51,608 nucleotides of DNA from a virus. Each line of letters opens with the position of its first letter. The first letter of the stretch is position 1. The notes beneath the pieces were generated by a model. The model saw nothing but the letters and a program-made list of their open reading frames with translations, did no database searches and was not told where the DNA came from. The position numbers and the translations under genes were made by a program. This document shows positions 43,213 to 51,137 of the stretch, piece after piece. The stretch lies in IMG/VR virus record IMGVR_UViG_3300020215_000010; one strand, written 5' to 3'.

Positions 43213-43957
43213 TCAGTATTCTCCACGCCGTCCCGTTCCTCATCTCATCGAGGCGAAACTGGTGATAAGCGAGCGCGTGGCACCAGCGCTCGCGCGGCGG
43301 CCACCAGGGTTTTTCGATGTCCTCGAACACCCACGAAACCGTCTCGCACGCCGACTCGCCCAGCACCACGGCCGGAACCCCCGCCAGCAGCGCATCGACG
43401 GCGCTGTTCGATGAATGCGTGACGACGCACCAGCAATCGCGCAACGCGTCCGAAATCTCCCCCTCTCCCTTGGGCTTGACCACGATAGGCCGGGAGGTGT
43501 TGCGGCTAATCTCCGTCGTCACTGTCCGCAACCACTGATCCGCATTGATGCCGTAGAACCCGGCGATAGCCCCGGTCAACGGGATGACCAGCACGTGCCG
43601 GCCGTCCTTGCGCCACGGGCTCAAGCCGAGGTTCAGGTCTTTCCAGCGGTTCTCGGGGTAGACGTATTCCCCCTGGTCAGGGAGGTCGGCCTGCCGGCCG
43701 TTCTTCGTCACCCGGTAGAAGCCTTCATAATGTCCGGGCTTGAAATACCCGTGGTCGATGTAGAAGAAATCCCGCTGCACCCACTCGCATTGCTTCAGGA
43801 TTTCCCCCGTTCCCCGCAGGATGCCGTACATGGCGGCGGGTCCCTCTAGGAGCTGCGTAGGAGGGACGATCCTGCCCTTACACCCTTCGGCAAACGCACT
43901 CATGATCACCTTGGAGTGCTGGTGGTCGGTGGTGTAGCAGCAGGGTTGGCTAGTCAT
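43199..43957 (-). CDS. GT-B-like / capsule-synthesis-like glycosyltransferase
   Basis: HVLVIPLTG...VVTHSSNSAVDALLAGVPAVVLGES Rossmann-type C-terminal block; ATG 43957. Confidence 0.45.
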   Translation of the reverse strand: MTSQPCCYTTDHQHSKVIMSAFAEGCKGRIVPPTQLLEGPAAMYGILRGTGEILKQCEWVQRDFFYIDHGYFKPGHYEGFYRVTKNGRQADLPDQGEYVYPENRWKDLNLGLSPWRKDGRHVLVIPLTGAIAGFYGINADQWLRTVTTEISRNTSRPIVVKPKGEGEISDALRDCWCVVTHSSNSAVDALLAGVPAVVLGESACETVSWVFEDIEKPWWPPRERWCHALAYHQFRLDEMRNGTAWRILNDRF

Positions 43958-44150
43958 GCAACACCGGGATATCGAACTCCACTCGCGGCCATAGCGTGAA
44001 CGAACGGCCGTCGCCATCCGGCGTGGCGAAGTATTCCAGTGCCAGGCGTTGCGCTTCCCATTCGTGCGGCGCGGCGACGACGTAGGAGACGCGCTTTCTG
44101 GTCCCCGTCCCGGAGACAAAGGTGACGGGGCAGCGCCAGGCGGTTGTCAT
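43950..44150 (-). CDS. hypothetical protein (66 aa)
   Basis: ATGA overlap with the terL stop. Confidence 0.45.
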   Translation of the reverse strand: MTTAWRCPVTFVSGTGTRKRVSYVVAAPHEWEAQRLALEYFATPDGDGRSFTLWPRVEFDIPVLHD

Positions 44151-45649
44151 GACAGGGCGTAGGGGTCCTCGGTCTTCCCCCTGGCGCGCTTCATGTCTTC
44201 ATGGTTCTCGGCAAGCCAGCGGTCTTCTTCGGTCGTCACGAAAGGCCTCGATCTCAAGGCATAGGCCACTTCGTCATAAACGTGATTCTCATCCGAGGGC
44301 TTATCCCCCGGCCCCTTCTCGCCATCGATCTCGTCGAGCAATAGGGTGGGGCAGGTTCTCCAGAACTGGGTACAATCAGCCGTGACAAAGAACATCGGGT
44401 CGTTGAAGGATTCGCCTGTTTCGAGATAGCGGTCGTTGCCCGCTAACCTTGAGATCACCTCGTTGTAGTTCCGCTTGCGGTCCTTCTTGGCTTTTCGCAT
44501 CACCAGGCGCGGATCGGTCTGGAACAGGGTTTCTGCGACACATGTACCCCCCCGGTCGGCCCACATCTCCGTGTCCCCGACCCGGTAGTCCATGCGCTCG
44601 CCCATGCGCTCCAGCTCACGCTTGATGATGCCCTTCCCCACTTCCTGGGGACTCAGCCTCAAGCCTTCGTTCGGCCGGCCGTTCCAGCCGTACCATTCGG
44701 CGTAGCGGATCAGGGCTCCGGCCGGTAACCAGCGGCTCGGCCAATTTCCTTTTGCCGCAAGCTCAACCCCCTCGCTGACGCAGTACCAGCCAATCGAGAA
44801 GGGGCGGACGACGCCCCAGTCGATGACCATGAAGCGTGTCCAGTGCTTCGGAGGGGTAAAAGCCCTCAACATATGCCTGTCGCGGGACAGGTTGAACAAA
44901 GCCTGCCCAACCACCGCGTCCCAGTCGCCCTCTCGTAGCTGCTTCGCCAATTCCGGCGGCAACCCCGAGAACTGACCGGCATACCCCTTATCCAGATAAC
45001 TGTTGTCCTGCATCCGGGCGGGGATATAGACCGTCGCCCAACCCTTCGATTCAGGATCCGAGGGGTCCGACATCGTCTTGTCCCAGAACAGCGTCTCCGC
45101 CGGGGCAGGGTCGATCATGGTTTTTTTCAGGAACGAATGACCGGGGCCGCCGGGGTTCGAGCACAGCACCACTCTTGGCAGCAGATGCTTGCAGGCTTCC
45201 GCGGGTTTGTATCTTCCCAACCGGACGCGGGTTCTCAGATAGTTGATCTGGAACGCCGTTAAGTGTGCCGCCTCATCGATCCCGAGCCAGTGAATCTCGG
45301 CGCCTTGGTACCGGGTGACATCGTCCTCTTTTTCGCAGTACGCGAGGTTGATCCCGGCCCCGTTGTAGAACTCGAACCGCTTCTTGGTGTCGTTGTAGGA
45401 CCCCAATTCAGTGGGGATCTCCGCCTTGATCTTGCGGATGTGGTTCGCCTCGAGCTCCGGCAGGGTCCGCCTGAATATGAACGCATCCAGCCCGGGGTTG
45501 CTGAGGCAGAAGCCTATCGCGTCCCACCTCAGGCTGTGCGACTTCCCGCCTCCCGCAGCACCCCCATAGAAAATCTGCCGGGCCAGGGACGCGTGTAGCA
45601 GCCTCTGCCGGCTCTGCGGCTCATAGTCGAGCCGTATCGTTTGCTGCAA
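44147..45649 (-). CDS. terL: terminase large subunit
   Basis: Walker A GGAAGGGKS, IDEAAH Walker B-like; 500 aa; TTG start per track. Confidence 0.85.
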   Translation of the reverse strand: MQQTIRLDYEPQSRQRLLHASLARQIFYGGAAGGGKSHSLRWDAIGFCLSNPGLDAFIFRRTLPELEANHIRKIKAEIPTELGSYNDTKKRFEFYNGAGINLAYCEKEDDVTRYQGAEIHWLGIDEAAHLTAFQINYLRTRVRLGRYKPAEACKHLLPRVVLCSNPGGPGHSFLKKTMIDPAPAETLFWDKTMSDPSDPESKGWATVYIPARMQDNSYLDKGYAGQFSGLPPELAKQLREGDWDAVVGQALFNLSRDRHMLRAFTPPKHWTRFMVIDWGVVRPFSIGWYCVSEGVELAAKGNWPSRWLPAGALIRYAEWYGWNGRPNEGLRLSPQEVGKGIIKRELERMGERMDYRVGDTEMWADRGGTCVAETLFQTDPRLVMRKAKKDRKRNYNEVISRLAGNDRYLETGESFNDPMFFVTADCTQFWRTCPTLLLDEIDGEKGPGDKPSDENHVYDEVAYALRSRPFVTTEEDRWLAENHEDMKRARGKTEDPYALS

Positions 45650-46035
45650 GGTTCAGTCGGGCTCTGTGTGAAGCCGCGTCACCCGCACAGAGGCGTCGGG
45701 GACTGAGCATTGCGCGGCCCTAAACCCCTTCGGGGCCGAAACGTGACGCAAGCTTCACCTCGTGGTTTTACAAGTCGGCGATATAGCCCGTAGCCGGCGC
45801 GGCGAGGCCCCGGCTCGACCCCAAAGGGGGTGGCATTACCCTAGCCAGATCAATGCTTTAGCCCGTAGCTGACCGGCTCAATGCGTCCTGGCCCAGCAAT
45901 AACAGGCAGATAGGGGTGCCCTCCAGCAACCCATTGATACGATTGAGCTAAATGCTCATCGCATAAGATGCATTATCGTAAGTGTTAACGAAACCGCAAA
46001 CGTGCGGCGAGAGGCGCAAGTGCGGGCGGGCTATC
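45650..46035 (-). other. 386-bp structured non-coding spacer upstream of terL (candidate pac/cos or late control region)
   Basis: No credible ORF; several hairpins; TAGCCCGTAGC at 45784 and 45859; 15-mer at 45993. Confidence 0.5.
45993..46007. promoter_or_regulatory. second copy of ACCGCAAACGTGCGG
   Basis: Identical to 3478..3492. Confidence 0.6.
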
Positions 46036-46308
46036 TCAATCTGTCGCCTTGCCGATGTCTCCCCGCTTCTCGGCCTGCGCGATCTTTGCCGTGATGTCCC
46101 GCGTCGCGATGCAATTGGCTTCGTGGTCCCAGTAGGTGATGAAGAATGCCGTGCCGAAGACCGTGGCGTGCCGCACATCGGAGATGGCTGCATCGGCCAT
46201 GCCGCCTTCGGGCTTTCCGCCGTGGGCGTACTGAGCAAGTGGTGCATCGGCCGGGCATTGGCCGGCGTCCATCATCGCGTCAAAGCGCGCATCGAATTCC
46301 TTGTTCAC
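46036..46308 (-). CDS. hypothetical protein
   Basis: 90-aa ORF, ATGA-coupled. Confidence 0.5.
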   Translation of the reverse strand: MNKEFDARFDAMMDAGQCPADAPLAQYAHGGKPEGGMADAAISDVRHATVFGTAFFITYWDHEANCIATRDITAKIAQAEKRGDIGKATD

Positions 46309-46505
46309 TGGCTCTGCCCCTCAGAGCCGCACATCGGGCATGGCGTGACTGGTACCCAGCAGTTATCGGCCGCGTTTAGCCAGTGCGGTCCCTTGTCGGT
46401 GACGATAACCACCAGGCCGTTCCATTCCGTGACGCGGCTTATGTGGCCATCGAACACGGGGCCGACTTGCGACATGCCGCTGCGCCTCTGGGGCTCGTCG
46501 GTCAT
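46305..46505 (-). CDS. hypothetical protein with C-terminal CPMCG
   Basis: 66-aa ORF, ATGA-coupled to terS. Confidence 0.5.
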   Translation of the reverse strand: MTDEPQRRSGMSQVGPVFDGHISRVTEWNGLVVIVTDKGPHWLNAADNCWVPVTPCPMCGSEGQSQ

Positions 46506-47182
46506 TCCGCCTGCCCCTCTATCACAATAGCATTGTCCCCCGGCTGTTCGGCCCTGGGGATGTTGAGCACAACCTGGATGTTTACTCCGCCCTTGCCTGC
46601 TGATTCGGGGGGCTTGAAGTCGTCTCGCGTGTGGGCCGATCTCTCAACGAGATAGGCTCCTGCCTTCCAGTCGCCTCGCTTTCGGGCGTCGTGGATGTCG
46701 GTCAGGTTGTCCCGCCTGAACTTGGCCTTGGCCCCCTCGACGAGGGCCAAGAATTCGGGGTCGTCCTTCTTCCAGTTCAGGATGGTCTGATCGGATACGC
46801 CTGCGTGCTCCGCGGCCCGGGCCTCTGATAGCCCCAACTCCAGATCCGTAACGATCTTGGCGATGGTCTCGGGGGTCTTCTTGCCCCAACCCCTCATGAC
46901 CGCTACCGAGCGGGGGACCTTGATGTTCGGTACTTGCGCCTGTGCTTGCGCGATGGCTTGGAGCGCTTGCGACGCTTGCATCCCCCTTGCGGCCTCTATC
47001 GCCTCGGGGCTGGCGCCTTTTACCCAGTGTTCCCGCCTGGCCCGGTCGTCTATCGCCTGGCGGGTGAGCTGCCTGCCATCGGGGAGAGCTGGCAATGTCT
47101 TGGCAATCGCGCTCGATCCCTCTCCTGCACACCAGCGCCTTTGGATGGTTGCCCAGTCAGCGGGTGCGGTGGGGAATGGCAT
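46502..47182 (-). CDS. terS: terminase small subunit
   Basis: Two HTH-like segments (GSSAIAKTL; LSEARAAEHAGVSDQTILNWKKDDPEF); position. Confidence 0.6.
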   Translation of the reverse strand: MPFPTAPADWATIQRRWCAGEGSSAIAKTLPALPDGRQLTRQAIDDRARREHWVKGASPEAIEAARGMQASQALQAIAQAQAQVPNIKVPRSVAVMRGWGKKTPETIAKIVTDLELGLSEARAAEHAGVSDQTILNWKKDDPEFLALVEGAKAKFRRDNLTDIHDARKRGDWKAGAYLVERSAHTRDDFKPPESAGKGGVNIQVVLNIPRAEQPGDNAIVIEGQAE

Positions 47183-47358
47183 TAGTCACCAAGCTCAACG
47201 CTGAAGGCCGACCACGTGAAGCGGTTGCGGTCATGCCGATCAACCAGCGCCTCGAAAACAGTGTCCTCGCAGTCTCGCGAGCGATAGTAGCGGTTGGGCT
47301 CCGGGCTCCCGGTGATGTCCTCACGGAAAGGAAGGCGCCGGAAGGACCGCCTGCTCAT
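47182..47358 (-). CDS. hypothetical small protein
   Basis: ATG 47358 (TTG 47394 alternative); TAATG junction with terS. Confidence 0.4.
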   Translation of the reverse strand: MSRRSFRRLPFREDITGSPEPNRYYRSRDCEDTVFEALVDRHDRNRFTWSAFSVELGD

Positions 47359-47422
47359 TTCGACATTCACGGGCTTACCCCCATCCGGGCGCAACTCGTC
47401 TCAGTTTATGGATGTGCGCCTA

Positions 47423-47450
47423 ACTCTATAGAATCCCTAGGGGGCGTCAA
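47423..47450 (-). promoter_or_regulatory. candidate promoter for the packaging/late genes (-35 TTGACG, 16 nt, -10 TAGAGT) with CCCTAGGG in the spacer
   Basis: Read on the minus strand in the 180-bp AT-richer gap 47395..47575. Confidence 0.4.
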
Positions 47451-47575
47451 CACTTATTTTGGCCGCCACGCGACACGCGTTTTTGTGCCCTACCGCGCAG
47501 CCACGCATCAAGCCAGAGCTCGAGCCGTAGCAGCATGGCTGATAATGAGATTCGTAACTTCATCTAGGCCGCTCT

Positions 47576-47812
47576 CTATTCAGGAAGGGGCGACCAAGGA
47601 AGCCCCTTAGACGCGCGCCACATCGCCCGGTAGACGAGCGGAGCCCAATAGGCCTCGGTCGAAAACCGGCGCTCGAACGCTTCAAGCACGCGCGCGCCCG
47701 CCTCGATCATCTCGGGCGTGATTTCAGGCCCGTCGAATTCTTCGGCCAGCATCAGATACAGCTCCTCCCAACTAACATCCCGCATGCCGGGGCGGCGGAC
47801 GGTCTCGGTCAT
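47576..47812 (-). CDS. hypothetical protein
   Basis: 78-aa ORF. Confidence 0.5.
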   Translation of the reverse strand: MTETVRRPGMRDVSWEELYLMLAEEFDGPEITPEMIEAGARVLEAFERRFSTEAYWAPLVYRAMWRASKGLPWSPLPE

Positions 47813-47838
47813 ACTGGCCTCGCTATTGAGTGTAATTG

Positions 47839-47877
47839 GCGGGCCACGACTCTCGGTTCTAGGGTTTCGTGGCCCGC
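47839..47877. promoter_or_regulatory. perfect 10-bp inverted repeat GCGGGCCACG-N19-CGTGGCCCGC
   Basis: Intergenic between 47890 and 47812; no U-run. Confidence 0.5.
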
Positions 47878-47889
47878 GAAGCTTGCAGA

Positions 47890-48135
47890 TTAGGCCGGCG
47901 CGGCTGGCTCCCCGATGGGCAGCTTCCCGAGTTCGTGCATTGTCTTGCCGGCCTCGATCCTGACTTTTCCGGTCTTCACTTCCGAATAGAACGATTCGTT
48001 GATTTGGCCGGCCATCTTGATGATTCGGGCAGCGGCCGTGTCGTTGATCTGCTCATCGCGGATCGCGAGCATCATGTTCGCCATGAACTCACGCAGCTTT
48101 CCGGTCGTGTCGATGCTTGCTGTTCCTGCCTTCAC
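47890..48135 (-). CDS. hypothetical protein
   Basis: GTG 48135 with AAAGGAG 6 nt upstream. Confidence 0.5.
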   Translation of the reverse strand: MKAGTASIDTTGKLREFMANMMLAIRDEQINDTAAARIIKMAGQINESFYSEVKTGKVRIEAGKTMHELGKLPIGEPAAPA

Positions 48136-48619
48136 GGTGCACTCCTTTTAGCTCTCGATAGAGGCGCATGTAGAACAACTGCCTGCGCTTCGCCTCGATA
48201 AGCGCAGGCGGCATCTCTCTCGGCTGGGGTGCGCTGGTGGCGCGAATGACCTGTTTGACGTAAGTATCCCCCAGCCCGGCACGGTAATTCTTTTGTTTGG
48301 CAAGAATTGCCGGCCGGTTCGCAGCGTAGTGAGAGGCGCGGTAGCGAACCGCGTGTTGCTTATTCTTCCTGTGCCAAGCTTTGCTTTCCTTTAGGCGCTT
48401 GGCGCGGCGCTTGGCCCTGTAATACAAATCAAGGGCTCGCCACAAAATCGGGTTTGCTAAGCGGCGCTGGCGATTGTAGGCCGAGACGCGGTCTCGGTTT
48501 TTTTCATACCACTCTTTATTGGCGAGAATGCACTTTTTTCTGTGCCGCCTATAAAATCTGCCGGATGCGCTCAGGCTTCTGAGCGGCTTCTGCGGACGCA
48601 ATTTCGCTAGACTGCTCAC
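48089..48619 (-). CDS. highly basic protein with repeated W/Y-x2-(K/R)N motifs (possible DNA binding)
   Basis: 176 aa; KEWYEKNRDRVSAYNRQRR, KAWHRKNKQHAVRYR; GTGA-coupled. Confidence 0.5.
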   Translation of the reverse strand: MSSLAKLRPQKPLRSLSASGRFYRRHRKKCILANKEWYEKNRDRVSAYNRQRRLANPILWRALDLYYRAKRRAKRLKESKAWHRKNKQHAVRYRASHYAANRPAILAKQKNYRAGLGDTYVKQVIRATSAPQPREMPPALIEAKRRQLFYMRLYRELKGVHREGRNSKHRHDRKAA

Positions 48620-49146
48620 GCCGCCCTCGCCGCGTCATACCCGAAATGCCGGGCCAGCGCTGTCAGCCCATTGAGAAGCGATAATCTCTCCGCCTCCGCC
48701 ATCGGCGTTACCAGCCTCACACGCCTGACCCAATTGGGGGTGTCGAGATACACAGCACAGCGCATGACGACGTGCAGGGATGAGCTGCCGGCGGTCTTTA
48801 GGGCGTTCACCGCATTGAGATAGGCGATCTCCTGCCGCTCGTCCCTGGCTGATCCGGGTTCAGGGGGTGTTGATCCTGAATAGAACCCACTGACCATGCG
48901 CTTGTAGACCTCGCACGCCCAGCCCTTCGGCCGCCCGTAGACCTGGTATCTCAAGCGGCATAGTTCTTTAGCTGACCTCGCCTGCGCCTCGCTGATGATT
49001 CCAAGGCGGTGCATCACGTCGATGGGGTTGTCGTGCTGGATGCTCGCATCCCCGCTGGCCTCTAGCCGGTGTCTACGCAATTCGTCGGTTCCTTTGTCGA
49101 TCAATGGGCGGAACTTGTAACGCTTGGTCTTTCTCGGCCGGCTCAT
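48616..49146 (-). CDS. hypothetical protein
   Basis: ATG 49146 with GGAGAGG upstream. Confidence 0.5.
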   Translation of the reverse strand: MSRPRKTKRYKFRPLIDKGTDELRRHRLEASGDASIQHDNPIDVMHRLGIISEAQARSAKELCRLRYQVYGRPKGWACEVYKRMVSGFYSGSTPPEPGSARDERQEIAYLNAVNALKTAGSSSLHVVMRCAVYLDTPNWVRRVRLVTPMAEAERLSLLNGLTALARHFGYDAARAA

Positions 49147-50450
49147 GCTGCTGCCTCTCCGGTGCGGGAATTCTGGCGTGCCCAGTCGAGTCCTGCGTCT
49201 AGTTCGCTGTCGCGGTCGTATCCCGCTTGCTCCGCCACTGGCGCATGATCTCGGCCACACGCTGGCGCTCCGCCTCCGTTGCTTTCGGGGATGGCCCTTC
49301 CACCGGGCAGCGCTTGGCCATCTCCAGCTTGAGCAAGAGCGATCTCCGCTCCGCCATCTGCTCGGCTACCGAGTTCAGGATCTCGCTCGGTAAGGGCAGC
49401 CTCATGCCCCATTTGTGCGTTGCCCGGATGGTCCTGAACGCCTCCGCGAGCAGGTCGGGCGGCAGGTGGCTCAACGCTTCCGTGTAGGACACCGCGGCGG
49501 TTTTCAGGTCGCTTGCCGGGATGCTGAACGCCTTGGCCCAATCCCCGAGTTTGCGAATCTCCACCGCCAGGATTTCCGGCGTCGTCGGTTCGAGCTGGCG
49601 CTTCGCCGCATACAGCGCCACCGGCACCATCGCCGCTTTCGCCGCTGGTATGCGCTCCTCGCTGCTCACGATACCCAGCAGCCACCCCCGCAAGGATGTC
49701 AGCGTTCTCGCGGCTTCGTGCGGATTGTGAATCTTCGGCAGTGTGGTCATCGTAGTTGCCTTCCATCACGCGGGTAAATCCACGCTGCGACACGAGAAAA
49801 TCGAAGGTGCAGCGCCAGTTCGGATTGCTCTTCGAGGGCTTGTCCCCGGTCAGCCAGGGGTTCACGGCGATCTTTTCGAGCGCCGCCTGCCAGCCGAGGA
49901 TGCCCCCGGATTCGCGCAAGCGGGCCGCCAGCGCCGCGCGCCGTGCGTCGGTCAGGCGTTGGACAGCGGGCAATCGAGGAAAGCGGCTTGCGAGTTCGTT
50001 CCAAGCCTCGACGGCCAGCGGAACCTCGCTTTGGACGGGGTCGGGCAAATTCTTATTTGCCCCTTGCCTCTTATCTCCCTCTGTCTCTGCTCTGTCTCTG
50101 CTCTGTCTCTCTCTCTGGTCTAGCGCCTTGCTAGCAGATTGCTCCACTGGCTTTGGTTCTTCTGGAGCGCCTTGTTCGACAATGATAAATCCAGCTTTCG
50201 CCAAGGCGTCGAGATCGACGGGCTCGCGCGCCCCAATCTTCCCGCCGACCCAAACTGCATCGTATGGAATACGGTTGTCGGAGCGACTTGCTAGCAACCA
50301 GATAGCAATTAAGTGTGCCTTGCTGGCGTCGGCCAAGGACGCAAAGTCGTAATCCTCCAGAATTCGCCCGTAGAGCTTGATCCATGGCGGGGAGCGGTCC
50401 CGGTAGTGCTGGAACTCGTCAAAGTTCTTGACGGAGAAGAAGCGGGCCAT
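49143..50450 (-). CDS. replication-organizer-like protein; conserved part 49750..50450, then an about 200-codon run-on frame
   Basis: MARFFSVKNFDEFQHYRDRSPPWIKLY N-domain and NPWLTGD...WRCTFDFLVSQRGFTRVMEGNY C-domain; no stop until 49143. Confidence 0.5.
   Translation of the reverse strand: MARFFSVKNFDEFQHYRDRSPPWIKLYGRILEDYDFASLADASKAHLIAIWLLASRSDNRIPYDAVWVGGKIGAREPVDLDALAKAGFIIVEQGAPEEPKPVEQSASKALDQRERQSRDRAETEGDKRQGANKNLPDPVQSEVPLAVEAWNELASRFPRLPAVQRLTDARRAALAARLRESGGILGWQAALEKIAVNPWLTGDKPSKSNPNWRCTFDFLVSQRGFTRVMEGNYDDHTAEDSQSARSRENADILAGVAAGYREQRGAHTSGESGDGAGGAVCGEAPARTDDAGNPGGGDSQTRGLGQGVQHPGKRPENRRGVLHGSVEPPAARPARGGVQDHPGNAQMGHEAALTERDPELGSRADGGAEIALAQAGDGQALPGGRAIPESNGGGAPACGRDHAPVAEQAGYDRDSELDAGLDWARQNSRTGEAAA
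49199..49750 (-). CDS. hypothetical replication-module protein
   Basis: 183 aa; GC3 very high in this frame; GGAAGG upstream of the ATG. Confidence 0.6.
   Translation of the reverse strand: MTTLPKIHNPHEAARTLTSLRGWLLGIVSSEERIPAAKAAMVPVALYAAKRQLEPTTPEILAVEIRKLGDWAKAFSIPASDLKTAAVSYTEALSHLPPDLLAEAFRTIRATHKWGMRLPLPSEILNSVAEQMAERRSLLLKLEMAKRCPVEGPSPKATEAERQRVAEIMRQWRSKRDTTATAN
50079..50110. repeat. 11-bp tandem repeat CTCTGTCTCTG x about 2.9 inside a coding sequence
   Basis: Read directly; encodes the QRERQSRDRAETE linker. Confidence 0.8.
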
Positions 50451-50788
50451 CAGGGGACCACCCATTGCGCCCAGAAGGTCAGCACCTCTTGCGGGGCGGC
50501 GGCTATCCACTCTCCGCGCACCGACACAGCGCGGAACTCCGCCAGGGTTGCTCGCTCGATATACCGGCAGTCTTCGCGGAGGCCGCTGAATACGGCGACG
50601 AAGTGCAGCCGGCGAGGGTTGCCGCACTGAAGGGTGGACATGCGGCGCACAGGATGCTGGCACAACCCCACCTTCACGGGGCCGCCCTCCTCGCGAAGCA
50701 GATAGAGCGAGTCTCCGAACGACCACGCCTCGTTAAGCACGGGCATCTTGGCCAAGTCGAACGGCTTGATGGTGCGGATGCGTGCCAT
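50450..50788 (-). CDS. second T5orf172 / MUG113-type domain protein
   Basis: LYLLREEGGPVKVGL...LQCGNPRRL...RGEWI; ATG 50788 (50872 alternative); ATGA-coupled downstream. Confidence 0.55.
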   Translation of the reverse strand: MARIRTIKPFDLAKMPVLNEAWSFGDSLYLLREEGGPVKVGLCQHPVRRMSTLQCGNPRRLHFVAVFSGLREDCRYIERATLAEFRAVSVRGEWIAAAPQEVLTFWAQWVVP

Positions 50789-50840
50789 TGTCTCAGTCCA
50801 ATTCGAGTCGCGCGCTAATGATGATTCTAACCCGCGCCGT

Positions 50841-51110
50841 TCAGCCAACACGCCACAGTCGAATTGCGCCATTTTCGTGCCGTACGCTTATCTTCGCCCC
50901 CGCCCTGAACTCGTAGCGCTCCCGCCAGCGGTGGAACGCCTTGTGGATGCGCTTCTCTGCCGCCGTGATGGTCTCGCCCGCGTACATGCGGCAGACGATT
51001 GAGTCCCCAACCTCAAGCCGCCCGAAGTCATAGGCCGTGTGCCTGGGTATCGGCAGCGGAACGCCGCGCTCCACCTCGGGTGTTCGCATGTAGTGCGTCG
51101 GACTTTCCAT
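50841..51110 (-). CDS. hypothetical protein
   Basis: 89-aa ORF. Confidence 0.5.
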   Translation of the reverse strand: MESPTHYMRTPEVERGVPLPIPRHTAYDFGRLEVGDSIVCRMYAGETITAAEKRIHKAFHRWRERYEFRAGAKISVRHENGAIRLWRVG

Positions 51111-51137
51111 TACCCCACACCCCCGCCGCGCTGCCCG

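Noticed and set aside
38848-43957. Cassette as an O-antigen/seroconversion (Gtr-like) module, or as a TET-type 5mC hypermodification pathway
   Set aside because: There are no membrane Gtr or flippase proteins, and the cassette is in the late operon rather than near int. There are no cytosine-C5 methyltransferase motifs and no JBP/TET-like features that I could see. Both ideas are kept only as lesser alternatives.
47469-47490. Plus-strand terminator-like ACGCG-ACA-CGCGT followed by TTTTTG
   Set aside because: The stem is only 5 bp and there is no plus-strand gene upstream to terminate. It could at most block antisense transcription.
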